Assembly: GCA_951406725.2 (NCBI GenBank)
Contig: OX597830.1
Location: 61,752,001 to 61,816,000, forward strand
Reading direction: 5' to 3'
DNA: 64,000 bases
Source of the DNA: Octopus vulgaris
Lineage: Eukaryota
The first letter of the stretch is position 1. Every line of letters begins with the position of its first letter. The notes under the pieces are model-generated. The model had not been told where the DNA came from. It saw only the letters and a list, made by a program, of their open reading frames with translations, and did no database searches. The position numbers and the translations under genes are program-made. This document shows, piece by piece, positions 1 through 13,962 of this stretch.

Positions 1-385
1 CCCAGCCTTCCGGTGACTCCAGTCCGACCCCTCCACCTTGCACATCTTCCCCAACTTACCCTTTCCCGCTTTCAAACGAACACATAACCGCCTTGACCAC
101 AGTTTCTTCCCTAACTTCCAGCCTGGATTGTTCCCCTATACCCACCCACGCTGCCGCACCTGCATCTACCTTTCCAACACCACCATCTTCAAAGGCACCC
201 ATCACCGTCCCAGTCACATCACTGACTCCTTTACCTGCACTTCTACTAACATCATTGACTGCATCTCCTGCTTTCTTTGTCCTTCCCTGTACATTGGTCA
301 AACGGGACGCCGCCTGGCTGACCGGTTCGTGACGCACTTCCGAGACATCAGACTCGGCAACAGCACCCGCGCCGTTTCTGCTCTT
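1..385 (+). mobile_element. Penelope-like retroelement fragment, GIY-YIG endonuclease region
   Basis: ORF 38..430 contains CRTC...FTCTSTNIIDCISCFLCPSLYIGQTGRRLADRFVTHFRDIR. The YIGQT-x-R-L-x-x-R-F-x-x-H motif with preceding Cys pairs is typical of PLE GIY-YIG endonucleases. Truncated. Confidence 0.8.
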
Positions 386-1219
386 CTGTTGTCTTATTTA
401 TATAGTGCTCCTGTGTTGATAATTGGTTAAAACAGTTTTACCAAAGCCACTCGACTCGATCAATGTCTGCAGTTAGCTATTATTAATTGAATTACCATTT
501 ACTATAATGCCGATACTGAATTCCTATTTCTGTAATATTAACTGATTCAGAAACAAATAGCTCTCTTGAATAGGACACCAGATAATTACATACCAGGTTT
601 TGTGGAAGAGAGTTTCAATTCAGCTCCTGCGCTCGTCAGATGAGTTGTGGACTTCACAGTTCAGAGCAAAGTGTTCTCACCCTTTACGCAACACAAGTGA
701 TAAGAAATGAGCCACCTATTCGCGCATCTCACCATTATATGCAATCAAATGCAATAAATACAAAGTTAATATTTTAAAGTATTTAGTATTTATATTATAT
801 CAGTGGGATCTGACACCAGTTTACTTTCTGTCCATATTAAGTTAGGTGGGGCATAAATAACTCATACTTATCTTATTCATATATTTTATAAAACCGAGAA
901 TTCGATAATTGGTAAATGCTAGAATACATGCACCATTTATAGACTAATGCTAGATGCACCATTTGCACACTAATATCTTTAGTATATATTCAAACTTATG
1001 TCCATTTCATTAATATATATTATATTAATGAAATGTTTAGCTGCTCGAAGCACTTTTCAAAATAATAAGCTATTTTTGTTTATCATAAAATCTTTCATCT
1101 GTAAATCGGCAGTTCGTTCTTTGTTTATTTACATATGAATTTTATATTAATGAGACCTGTTTACGCTGTGTTGAGTATTGAACAAGAGATACAAACTATC
1201 GATCAGTCAACCAATGGAT

Positions 1220-1632
1220 TACTCTTTTACTCTTTTACTTGTTTCAGTCATTTGACTGCGGCCATGCTGGAGCACTGCCTTTTAATCGAGCAACTCGACC
1301 CCGGGACTTATTCTTTGTAAGACCAGTACTTATTCTATCGGTCTCTTTTGTCGAACCGCTAATTGACGGGGACATAAACACACACACCAGCATCGGTTGT
1401 CAAGCAATGCTAGGGGGACAAACACAGACACACAAACACACACACATACACATACATATATATATATACATATATACGACGGGCTTCTTTCAGTTTCTGT
1501 CTACCAAATCCACTCACAAGGCTTTGGTCGGCCCGAGGCTATAGTAGAAGACACTTGCCCAAGGTGCCACGCAGTGGGACTGAACCCGGAACCATGTGGT
1601 TGGTAAGCAAGCTACTTACCACACAGCCACTC
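1220..1632 (-). mobile_element. SINE family A (tRNA-like head, internal (TA)n(TG)n, LINE-like tail)
   Basis: Reverse complement of GAGTGGCTGTGTGGTAAGTAGCTTGC...GGTTCAGTCCC...CAGCATGGCCGCAGTCAAATGACTGAAACAAGTAAAAGAG; about 15 copies in the window. Confidence 0.9.
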
Positions 1633-1873
1633 AAATATCTTGGCTAAATAGAATTTTATGTATTTTATGAGTCCACATTACTGAATATCATTAAACGAAA
1701 GGCTGCGTATTCTGCGCGGATGAGACAACGATGTAAAAATGACGTTCGTGTCTTTTTAAAAAGCATTGGCATCCAAAACAGTGAAATTACTTCGGTCGAA
1801 AATGAAACCGTACCACAATCTCCGTTTGTTGGCATCTCATATTCTTATCTTCAGTACTCGGTACTTCATGATA

Positions 1874-2106
1874 GGCGGTGAGCTGGCAGAGTGGTTAGCA
1901 CGCCGGGCGAAATGCTTAGCGGTATTTCGTCTGCCGTTACGTTGAGAGTTCAAATTCCGCCGAGGTCTACTTTGCCTTTCATCCCTTCGGGGTCGATAAA
2001 TTAAGTACCAGTTACCCACTGGGGTCGATGTAATCGACTTAATACCTATGTCTGTCCTTGTTTGTCCCCTCTATGTTTAGCCCCTTGTGGGTAGTAAAGA
2101 AATAGG
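1874..2106 (+). mobile_element. SINE family B (GGCGGCGAGCTGGCAGA head; central GCCTTTCATCCTTTCGGGGTCGATAAATTAAGTACCAG domain)
   Basis: Pol III A/B-box-like head; approximate target-site duplication GTACT(T/C)CATGATA on both sides; about 10 copies in the window. Confidence 0.9.
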
Positions 2107-3002
2107 TACTCCATGATAAACCTTTCTTACACTGGCACAAAGTTTCGAATCTGAACTGTGAACACTCAAACGTATCACTCGCAGTAAATGATTGATACAG
2201 ATTTAAGGACCACGAATGATGAAAAGCAAAAGAAAACTGCAATGACATTTGAACTCAAGCCATAGATGTATAGAAGTAAATAATTATTTCGTGCGATGAT
2301 TACCTGTTTCTGATAAATGCTTGGATAAAAAAGACTTTACACTCGAATTGTACAGCCTCAAGTTAAACAATAAACTAGTAAATATGAAATGTATTTGTCA
2401 GCTCAATTTCATTTCTCTTGCAAATGAACTGAAGAAATTCTCTTGAGGAAAAGTTTCTATGAACAGCTGTTCCTGTCGGTTCCTGTGTAGAACAGTGCAA
2501 TTCAATTTTCTAATTATTTCCAGAAGCGTAGATTTATGTGAAATAACAAGTTATAAACTGTGTTGGCTAGAATAATAAAAAAAAGGATTCATTATGGTAA
2601 ATTGGTAAATTTTAACAAGTGGAAGCAAAAGAAACTTATTTTATTCTTTACTTGAGTTAGTATATTTACTGTCTTTTGTATGAACTATTCGAACATAAAA
2701 CAGCTCACAGGAGTTATATTACAGAAAGACTGGATTTGCAAGGAAGAAAAGAACAAATAACAATAGCTACATAATCAAAAGACATACGTTTTCATTTATT
2801 TTGAAGTTGCTTCTTTCTTGAATGGCATTTACAAGACACATTCATTTAACAGCTTCAGGTTGCGTAGGAAACTGCCACTCATCATTAATTCTAGGGGATT
2901 CAATATTCGAAGCAATCAACTTAAATAGGAAGTGGTTTTAAAAGATTTAGCTATTCTTGTCGCACATCAAGTTGCCACATAAAGGCTTCCAAACTGGCTC
3001 CT

Positions 3003-3049
<47 letters not shown>

Positions 3050-3058
<9 letters not shown>

Positions 3059-3409
3059 TAATAATAAGGGTTTTTTTGCAACAAGTTGCTTAACCACATA
3101 CCGAAAATTTTAGAAATAGCAGCCAAGAGACTACTATTTCCTTTTACTACAAAAATAAGTCTCCACAGACAACAATATTTGTAACTCACAGATGGCAAAA
3201 AAAGAAGAAAAATAATGAAATCACAGTCTTCGGTCACATTCTTATTTTTCTTCTTTTTTTGCCATATGTGAGTTACAAATATTGTTGTCTGTGGAGACTT
3301 ATTTTTGTAGAAAAAGGAAATAGTAGTCCTTTGGCTGCTATTTCTAAAATTTTCGGTATGTGGTTAAGCAACTTGTTGCAAAAAAACCCTTATTATTATA
3401 ATTATATAA
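3050..3409. repeat. Long inverted repeat (about 165-bp arms, about 26-bp spacer) attached to (TA)n
   Basis: 3050-3216 is the reverse complement of 3243-3409 with few mismatches; it also gives mirror ORFs 3001..3237(-) and 3259..3453(+). Confidence 0.9.
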
Positions 3410-3529
3410 TTTTTTACCGAATATGGTCCTTTTCCATACCGAAATACTACTAGGTGAAATTTGTTGATTTTATTAAATTAATTATATTTCACCCTATATC
3501 TGTAATGACTATATATATATATATATATA

Positions 3530-3818
3530 TCACTATGATCACCGTGAACGACCAGGCTATGAGATGTTGCTACACATCACTGGTCACAATGCGCTTCACA
3601 TTGTTTTAGCCTTCAAATGACGCCACCCCGCCGGCTAAGCGAGCAGGCTAACAGAAGAAAGAGTGAGAGGTTGTGGCGAAAGAGTACAGCAGGGATCGCC
3701 ACCACCCCCTGCTGGAGCCTCGTGGAGCTTTAGGTGTTTTCGCTCAATAAACACTCATAACACCCGGTCTGGGAATCGAAACCGCTAGTCCGCTGCCCTA
3801 ACCACTGAGCCATTGCGC
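3530..3818 (-). mobile_element. SINE family C-related copy (GTGGAGGCGCAATGGCCCAGTGGTTAGGGCAGCGGAC head)
   Basis: Head and body match 46242-46626 in reverse; the 3' part differs. Confidence 0.75.
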
Positions 3819-4066
<248 letters not shown>

Positions 4067-4476
4067 CTACAGCTTAGCCTTAGAGGAGGCAGGATATAAA
4101 AAAAATTAGTTTTCAGCAAGGGAAACCAAAATAGGTAGATGTAAGGTAACCTATCCAGACCCCAATTGTATCACACATAAAATAATCATAAAAACCCACT
4201 ACCCCACCCTGCCCCACCCCTTATAGGGATAAAGAAGCAAGTAAAAGCAAAGAAGAATGGCAAGGATTCGAGCGAGGATGAACTCCATACGAAAGTAAAT
4301 GGCCGAAACAACAGCAGGAGCCACGTTATAGGAGCACTACATTATAGGAGCACTCCGTCGGTTACGACGACGAGGATCCCAGTTGATACGGAATATTCAG
4401 GGGTCGATTTGCTCGACTAAAGGCGGTGCTCCAGCATGGCCACAGTCAAAATGACTGAAACAAGTAAAGGAGTAAA

Positions 4477-4529
<53 letters not shown>

Positions 4530-4560
4530 TATAAATGTGTGTATGTATATGTACGTGTAT

Positions 4561-4597
4561 CTTTCTGTCGAAGAGCGTAGGCTCGAGACGTAAAAGA
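4561..4597 (+). ncRNA. Degenerate minimal hammerhead-like motif
   Basis: CTTT-CTGTCGA-A-GAGC-GTAG-GCTC-GAGAC-GTA-AAAG: stem I CTTT/AAAG and stem II GAGC/GCTC; the core has two deviations (CTGTCGA, GAGAC). Confidence 0.45.
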
Positions 4598-4693
4598 CTT
4601 GTTTTATTTCTATTCCTGAGCGCCATACTAATACATTTGTTTGTTTGTACTCCACCTGCCTTCGTCTTTTGTTTATTTTCGTAAACCTTCCCG

Positions 4694-4733
<40 letters not shown>

Positions 4734-4819
4734 CGGGAAGGTTTACGAAAATAAACAAAAGACGATGTTGTTTCCTTGAAATTATGGGGGTATTCAGGGG
4801 AAAAATCATTTTAGAGGTT

Positions 4820-5071
4820 TTTAGTCGAGCAAATCGACCCCAGGACTTATTCTTTGCAAGCCTAGTATTTATTCTATCGGTCTCTTTTACGGGGACTCAA
4901 ACACACCACCATCGGTTGTCAAGCGATGTTGGGGGGACAAACACAGACACACAAACACACACACGCTTATATATATACATATATACGACGGGCTTCTTTC
5001 AGCTTCCGTCTACCAAATCCACTCACAAGGCTTTGGTCGGCCCGAGGCTGTAGTAGAAGACACTTGCCCAA
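4820..5071 (-). mobile_element. SINE family A, partial
   Basis: Matches the body of family A. Confidence 0.85.
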
Positions 5072-6144
5072 GTTTGTTTCGCGCAATGTCCTAGCATGCC
5101 GTGTGCATGTGAAACTGAAACACATTTCTCAGTGTATCGAAGTTTGATCACTCGATGAGCATTCAAAATGTGACTATCCTATATATTTTTCTAGCATATT
5201 AGATGCTGAAGAAAGTACTGTATCCCATACAGTATGCTTTTGCATCCATGTAGCATGGTACAGGGGGGTGCAATAGCTCTGTGGATTGTACCTTAGTCAT
5301 TTGACCATCTGGCTGCAATCCATAGAGTTGCTCGATCAGAGTTAATCTAAGACAACGAACTTTAAAACCTCTAAAATGATCCCCCCCCCCTGAACACACC
5401 ATAATCTCAATGAAACAACATGGTGATTGTAACAATTCTACAGCAGGCATACCACATATTGAAAACTTAGGGAGATGGCATACATATTCACGAGGCTGGG
5501 GCACATTGTCATCTCGAAAAACAGCACTGATCATAAATATAAGCAGAGGGTTGGGTTTGACATGTTCGGACAAATTCCACCCCCAGCAGCTTGTGTGGGC
5601 TCCACAGTATTGGAACATACTCTGCATAAAAATATGAAAACATTTTCATTAATACAATCTTATAAATGCCATTCGCGAATGATTGATGCATACAATCATT
5701 TTTACTATTTTATTATTTTTAGCATCATCGCCAACAGCATCACTACTATTAACACTTCTCACCTCATCAGTAATTATCTTTATTCCCACCAATGTCTTTA
5801 CCAACATTTATTATTTATTTATTATCATCAGTACTTTCACATGTGTGTGGGCGGCCCCGGAATGTGTGCGCGTGTTTATATGTGTAAAGGCTAAGAGACT
5901 TCATATTATTGGTAATTATCATTTTCGCTTCACAATTACAATTATAAAATCCCTTTTTTATGACAATATTTCTTTGCAGCTGCTCACAAACAAGTTTTGA
6001 GTCAGAAATAGCTTTTTTCAGTTCAGATCAAGTCTGTCAGAAAATCACTGAAGTTTTTTTTTTCTTTCTTTCTTCTTAAGTTTATTTTTTCCAAATGAGT
6101 AATAATTCTTGAAATATATCTTTACATGTACTTGTGTTGTGGAG

Positions 6145-6853
<709 letters not shown>

Positions 6854-6949
6854 CCCTTGAAGGGAGGGACCGAAAAATTTTGAGATAGCAATTCATCTAT
6901 CCACGGCCAACAAAGTTCATGCAAAGCAGTTCGTGAAAAGAGGCGCCAC

Positions 6950-8010
6950 CTATCACTTTGGATCTCTGTTTTACTATTAACGGCAGATGAAGAATTTCCC
7001 AAAAAGGAGATGAACATGGTGGACAAGGGCAAGGGACCGAGCATGACATTGACATACGACCCTATCATCAGAAATTGGATTACGGGAGGGTCTTAAATTG
7101 TAAAATATTTATATCATAGTAATCAGAAAGAATTCTCTTTTATCATGATAGCAGTTATCAAAAAAGAAATAGCTCCAGAAGTTGCTTAGTCAGACTCATT
7201 CATTAATTGTTGATAAAACGAAGGACAGTTCGGAAATTGAATAGCCCTCACGTATTCTGCGTTTTTGATACGGTTATCTGTGAAGAATTTATTGGCTATC
7301 CAATAAAGTTCATACCAAGAACTCCTGCAATACATATTATCGGTGCTGAACTCTATTGGTATTGATGTCCAGGTAATTTTATGATGGTGTTTCGAGCAGC
7401 TGCAGGAAAATTGCCATGTAGCCTTGTTCTATTTACAGTCCCAAGGCTTTGTTCTATTTTCACTCTATGCCAAGCAACTCAATCTTTGTGGTAGCTGATT
7501 ACATATAAAATGTAAAGGTAGTACATATATTTTCGCCATCCAACAATAAATTTACCTGTCCTTGGCTCTGCTCACTCAGTATCAATACTTCAAGTCATTA
7601 GAAGAAGAAAAAGACGGACAGCCAATGGAGCTGAAAAGATTACCTGACAAATGTCGGCCCTATTCGGTATGCATGATGTTATGCTAAAATGAATACGCTT
7701 ACATTCATTTTGAATACTCTGTTGCATGCCAGTGAGAATACTGAATCACCGGGAGAGTGCAAATCAGTTTTATTATTTCTGTCTGCAAACAGTTGCGTTC
7801 TCACACTCTTTGAACAAATTCTGCCACGCATCAAACTCCTGGAGAAGTTGCCTGAGTCTTTACAGGATTTGGATACAACAAGCAAGTCGATACCAAGGTG
7901 CACCGACGATCTTGATGCAGAACAAAACACGCTGGACAGGAAATGTGCGAAGCAAATGATCAAGCAACAAGCTAATGAACTTATTAAAGACAACCAAACG
8001 GTTTTCCACA
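6950..8010 (+). pseudogene. Degenerate hAT-superfamily transposase remnant
   Basis: Translates around 7203 as LIVDKTKDSSEIE*PSRILRF...ICEEFIGY (hAT pattern IxDETxDxSxxEQ...RF...EEF) and later AKQLNL and LELKRLPDK; many stops. Confidence 0.5.
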
Positions 8011-9204
8011 CATATTACTTTTTAACATTTTACATTCCTGCAAATTCTCTCCCCCTTCCTTTTTTTACTTGTTTCAGTAGGAGGTCCGCCATTTCTATAT
8101 TGAGTGTTCTCGGTAAAAGTATGTTGCATACCTGATAACGATGTAACTGCCCTCCTCGACATCCATCACACACCAACGCTGATAACCTCAAACTCCTATG
8201 GTTAACCTCAAACTCCACTGCAACCGTACAGGCAAATTACACACACTATATCACTTGGAAGAAGTCACCTACCACATCGAACAGGATGATTTTAACCACC
8301 ACCACAATTTTATCAAGACAAATATCAGAAAAACAACGCATACTTTCATGTATTGAACTACAAACTTTAGCGCTTTCCAAGTTAGAAGAGGGCCTTTCAA
8401 TCTGGTGTAAATATAATTTCTACTAGTTTTCATATTCTCCCTATACGATACTCCTCAACTAAATTCGCCAAACAATTCCATCGGATTGCCTAACCATTGC
8501 TTAATCGAGGCAATATGCCACACATTTTCATAATATATATCAACTCCTTAAAACACATGAAGGAGATCACTCAATGCCATTGAGTGTATGGTTACCCACT
8601 AACGCAATATCTACAGGACTGACATTAGAAAGGAACAAATTTCCTTGCTTCGCACAGCCTTCCAAACTACATCAGAATATTTTGATTCCTCCTCAAGATG
8701 TTTCCAAGGAACTTTGATAGCTAGAAAACCCTGTTAGCAGCAGAATCGTTGAAAATACCCTAACATTTTCTGTTTTGCTCCCAACACTTTACTGTACACA
8801 TTCAATATATTCTCTATATCCCAATCTCTCACCACCAACTACTCACAGGTGCTTCAAGTGGAAATTCAGCTGATCGCGCTAAGATATAAGTTCATCAGTC
8901 CCTTTAATACCCCATCATGGTCCTGTTCTTGCCAAATTCTTCAATATATTTATCTTTCTTTCTTAGTTTCTATCATTCAGTTAATCACTCTTGTTTCTTT
9001 TCATTCTTTCTTTCTTATGGGGAAACTCTCCTATTTCTTTGACGCTACCACCTATCGACGTATTAACATCATCCCCTTGAGCATCTCTACTAGCCCCAAG
9101 GACTACCAATGTGATTTCTATAGAGGCAGATCCATTGGGTACTTACCCTCTATGTTACACATCAAAGCTCCCACCACACGTAAGGACTTCAGTGAAGTAA
9201 TATC

Positions 9205-9436
9205 TATTTCTTTACTACCCACAAGGGGCTAAACGCAGAGGGGACAAACAAGGACAAACAAACGGATTAAGTCGATTACATCGACCCCAGTGCGTAACTG
9301 GTACTTAATATATCGACCCCGAAAGGATGAAAGGCAAAGTCGACCTCGGCGGAATTTGAACTCAGAACGTAACAGCAGACGAAATACGGCAACGCATTTC
9401 GCCCGGTGTGCTAACATTTCTGCCAGCTCGCTGCCT
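9205..9436 (-). mobile_element. SINE family B with 17-bp TSD
   Basis: TSD TTCAGTGAAGTAATATC at 9188-9204 and 9437-9453. Confidence 0.92.
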
Positions 9437-9834
9437 TTCAGTGAAGTAATATCGTTGCACTTGATATCAGTAAAGTTTGCACATGTCCTGCACAAGAATC
9501 CTCTGGTTACTTTGGGAATCCATCTGCCTCCTATCTCTCCGATCATAAGCTTTTTGTTGGACTGCAGCATTGCCGAAAACCTCTCCGGCTAACACCATAT
9601 CATTTGGTTTATCTTCAGCACTCATGATTCTGTATATTTATGGTTGAATTACTGTCAAGTACGCAGAAATATTACTCATCATTTGGCAAACGTGCACACT
9701 CAACAAATTAAAGACTACATTCTGTTTAAAACCAAAAACTATTTCACACATCGCTAACTGTTACTAATCTTCTACAAGACCCAAGTGAAATTCACAGTAG
9801 AATACTGCTCCCACATCTGAAATAGCGCTGTTTG

Positions 9835-9935
9835 TGGTTGCTGCTGCTGCTGCATCTGTTGTTGCTGTGACTGCTTCTGCTGTGACTGCTGCTGCTGCTA
9901 TGGCTTCTGCTGCTGTTGCTGTTGTTGTTACTGCT
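9835..9935. repeat. Degenerate (GCT/GTT)n trinucleotide tract
   Basis: Direct reading. Confidence 0.85.
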
Positions 9936-10404
9936 ACACGCACTCGGAAAGGCACTGGACTGTTTAGCATAAAATCGCTCAACAACACACTTTAACTTCT
10001 GGCCCACCAGTATGTTGTCTAATCATACCGATCTTACACGTCTGGAAGGGTCTATGAGGGATATTGGTAGAACCTCTTTCTCCAGAACAAAGCAATATAA
10101 GAAACCCTAAAAATTAAAACGCTTCACTTAGGTTGACCTGCTAGAATTAGTTGTCATATCTCAATTTCACTACACCCGACAATATCCTTCAAAGTGTGAT
10201 GTGATGTAGTGGTCTTGTATCCAAGAGAAGCTGCGCTTCGTGTTAATTCTACTGTCTTCTCTCAAGCTTCCGGGCAACATATGCTGAGTTATTTCCATCA
10301 GAGACCATCACGAAGAGAGTGATTCTTGAGGAGCTCACTGCCGATTCGTACAATGTTGCATATTTCATTTGTCAGCACTGAATTTATATATTTATTTTTG
10401 CTAG

Positions 10405-11226
10405 TTGAAGGATATCCTACATTACATCACACTTTGCGTTTGCAATCCAGGAACAAGAGATTGCCACAAAGTACCCGGTGAACAAGAGAAACAGTGAGGC
10501 TCTTTTAATCCCAAGGTGCAACCGCATGTGTAGGGTAGGTCATGTTTCTGTGGAAAACATCACGCATGTGGTTAGTAGCTGTCCTAAAGTGTCGTCACGG
10601 TGCTACTTCCCTATGCGATACGATGTTGTTGCTAAAACAATTTACAACGCCATCGGCGAAAAAGACTGTCCTGAAATAAACTTAGAAAATCCCTCGGTTA
10701 TGGAATATATTTATAAACACCAACTCAAAGAATACTGGTGGAATATTCCCATCAAAATTTCTGTCAAATGTAAACATAACAGGCCGGATATTGTTGTTTG
10801 GAACAGAGGTATGTAAAGGTATGTACCACTACAGAGGTCAGCTGCACTGCAGATATAAATATCTCTTTGAAAATCAAAGAAAAAGAGGACATCTATGGAC
10901 AACTGTTTCGAAACCTCCAACTTCTTTATCCAGACTATAAATTCATATTCATACCAATAATAATTGGAGCACTAGACTTTGTTAGTAAATGGTTAAAGGA
11001 GAATCTGGATAAACTGGAATTTTCAGAAAGAGAAATCGACCGGCTAATTCGTACATTACAAGTGCAATCTGTGAGTGGAACAGTAAAAATATGCAAGACT
11101 TTTCTCAAGTTCCAAATGTGAATTTGTCTGCGTTGACTACATCCCAATGATGAAGCCTTGTATCTTTCTCGGAAACCGGCCCCTTCTTCAGTGAAAGATT
11201 TATAATAATTAAAAAATAGAAGAGAT
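10405..11226 (+). mobile_element. 3' part of an R4/Dong-type non-LTR retrotransposon (CCHC knuckle plus restriction-like endonuclease)
   Basis: FAIQEQEI...CRVGHVSVENITHVVSSCP...RYDVVAKTIY...WWNIPI...HNRPDIVV...IPIIIGAL...KICKTFL, frameshifted near 10810; a short 3' UTR runs into (CATA)n. Confidence 0.8.
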
Positions 11227-11468
11227 ATACATACATACATACATACATACATACATACATACATACATACATACATACATACATACATACATACATACAT
11301 ACATACATACATACATACATACATACATACATACATACATACATGATGGCTGCCCCCTCGTTATCGAGTATGGCCATTGCACGAAGCTTAACTGTTATTG
11401 GTGCTGTGGTCGAACGTGACTTTTTAGCCCAGCTAAAGATCTACAATGTCTTGTACAGAATTGGCAGC
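11227..11468 (-). mobile_element. 3' end of an RTE-like LINE (C2H2-like terminus, 3' UTR, (TATG)n tail)
   Basis: Minus strand reads CQFCTRHCRSLAGLKSHVRPQHQ*; near-identical to 20153-20427 on the + strand. Confidence 0.7.
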
Positions 11469-12601
11469 CTTTGAAGCGCTTGATACAACACTACAAGACT
11501 TCAAAAACAATAAGATCATGGGTGGTGTCACCCTCCTCGTGGCTGGTTACTTCAGGCAAACGCTACCTGTCATTCCCAGAGGAACAAGGGCAGATGAGCT
11601 GAGTGCTTACATCAAGTCCTCATATATCTGGCAACATGTCAAGCAGCTTACTCTGACAACCAGCATGAGGGTTTACATTCATGGTGACCCGTTAGCTGCA
11701 TAGTTCTCCAACAACTTACTTGACATTGAAAACGGAAAACTTCCACAAGATCCAGAAGATAGTCTGCACCACCTCTCATGTGGCAATATGACTGCCCCCC
11801 TTGAAGATCTGAAGAGCGAGGTGTTTCCAAACATTGTCACAATCTATAAAAGTCACAAGTAGCTATGTGAAAGAACAATTCTGGCACCAAGGAATGATGC
11901 TGTAGACAAGCTGAATCTAAATTTGTCGTTTCAGCTTCCAGGACCTGAATGTTCATAGAGATGAATTGACTCTGTCCCTGACCAATAACAGGTAACGCAT
12001 TACTCAGTGGAGTTCCTCAATTCACTTCACCCACCAGGATTTTCACCACACATTCTGATCACGAAAACAGGTGCTCCCACAATGCTATTAAGAAACCTTG
12101 ATGCACCTCTACAATGGAACAAAGTTGGTTGTTAAAACAGCCATGCGCCATGTGTTTGAAGCAACAATAATTACAGGCAACATGATGGGTGAGAATGTAT
12201 TCGTTCCAAGTATACCTCTTATCCTAAATGATCCCCTCTTTTAGTTCAAGAGACTGCAGTTTCCTGTCAAACTTAGCTTTGCAATGTCTATCAACAAAGC
12301 ACAAGGTCAATCAATAAAAGTGGTTGGACTTAACCTCCTTCTACCTTGCTTCTCACATGGTCGGCTGTATGTTTGATGTTCTAGAGTTGGAGATGCAAAG
12401 AACCTCTACATTCTCAGTGATAAACATGGCAAGACAGAAAACACAGCATATGAAGAAGCACTTACATGAATAGTAAATCCATGTCATATACTGAAGAGTA
12501 AAACTATTGAGTGTTAAAGTATTCCTATTAGACTTTCACTTTTCGACTGACATGCGTGCGTATAAAAGGGAAACAATAACCTGATATACTCGCTATGTGT
12601 G

Positions 12602-12641
<40 letters not shown>

Positions 12642-12915
12642 CTCCTCACGGCCTTTCATTGTTTATAATCTGTAGCTATTTTTTGGTTACGAAATAAGTT
12701 AGACAAACGTGTATTTACTTTATATACATATATGAGTTGAAAAGTTTCTTTTCACATTTCACCTAACGTCTATGTTCCATGTTGGCATGGGTTGCAGAGT
12801 TGTCTAGAAAGTTGTTATCACAGCTACTAGCAGTTGAAACCTGCGTAATCTAGACGGCATTTATAAATTTCGAAATTTCGTTGTTTTCTTTAACCCGGAC
12901 AATGCCGGGTTTTTT
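11465..12915 (+). mobile_element. Helitron relic: PIF1-type helicase pseudogene and 3' hairpin
   Basis: AFEALDTTLQD...GGVTLLVAGYFRQTLPVIPRG...LTTSMRV...[21 protein letters not shown]...[13 protein letters not shown], ending near 12469; subterminal hairpin AACCCGGACAATGCCGGGTT at about 12892-12911. Confidence 0.88.
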
Positions 12916-13114
12916 CATCAATAAATATTTTTCGTCATTTTCATTGATAATTTTATTATATTTTTTTACACAACGTCTTCACGAGATTAATTTCTTATAA
13001 ACGCTAAAACCTACATTTTTACGTTTAACATTCAGTTATACTATTTTCATCGACAAGCTAAGTAACATTTCTTATTTAACAATATTATTTAACTTTTGAA
13101 TTGTATTAAGTTTG

Positions 13115-13168
<54 letters not shown>

Positions 13169-13672
13169 TTATTGTTGTTAAAATATTAATTTATATATAA
13201 TTTCTTGATAATTATTATTTACGATATGTATATCTATTTATTTATTAGGTTTATGATTATTATTAATTTTATAGTGTGATTTAACGAATTATATATAATT
13301 TAATTTGAGAATTAGCTTTGTAAGACAATATATATATTTAATAGTTACGTAGTATTAGATTTAAGTAAATTAGTTTAATATTAATTGATATCTTGGTCAA
13401 CTATATAATTGAGTAAAATATTAAATCTATATATACTACATATATATTAATAATATAGTTAGTTTATCTAGTAGGCGTGTATATATTTAAACCAATTCCT
13501 ATAATTAATTCTAATATTTATAGCTTGTACTAACATTATGTATATTACTTAACATTAGGTTTTTAATATAAATTACTTAATGAGTATAAGATTTTATTTA
13601 GATGTTTAATGATTTAATTTAATGTATATAGATTAAATTATCGTATTTAGTTTTCACTTAATGTATATTTTG

Positions 13673-13725
<53 letters not shown>

Positions 13726-13867
13726 TTGAATATTTTAATTAATTGTATCTTTTATTCTATTTTTTATTTAAACAAGAATATATTTGTTAAGATATTTCGT
13801 TTTTTACAAGATTATTTACGTATATTTATTAATTTATCTAATTAATTATTTTATTTTTTTATATCTG

Positions 13868-13962
13868 TAACCTGAAGAGCGGCTATATTTATATTGAAGT
13901 GATTTTACTATTATTATTACTATTATCATTTCTTAAATATAGCTACGAAACCCTTATCGTTA
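13868..13962 (+). ncRNA. Degenerate type-I hammerhead-like motif in an AT-rich, (TA)n-flanked unit
   Basis: TAAC-CTGAAGA-GCGGCTATATTTA...TAAATATAGCTAC-GAAAC-CCTT-ATC-GTTA: stem I TAAC/GTTA and a long stem II; stem III is imperfect. Confidence 0.55.

Noticed and set aside
601-650. Minus-strand CTGACGAG...GAAAC as a hammerhead
   Set aside because: Both core halves are present but stem I and the NUH site do not pair convincingly.
5180-5630. 142-aa minus ORF as a gene
   Set aside because: Only a vague RT-like ISAVFRDD; probably a decayed retroelement, too weak to call.
9764-10007. Ala/Thr- and Ser-rich ORFs
   Set aside because: Trinucleotide repeat; no splice or domain support.
11145-11200. 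CTGAAGAAGG...GAGAAAG in the R4-type 3' UTR as a ribozyme
   Set aside because: Antisense to the element, and the second copy (19317) does not keep GAAA.
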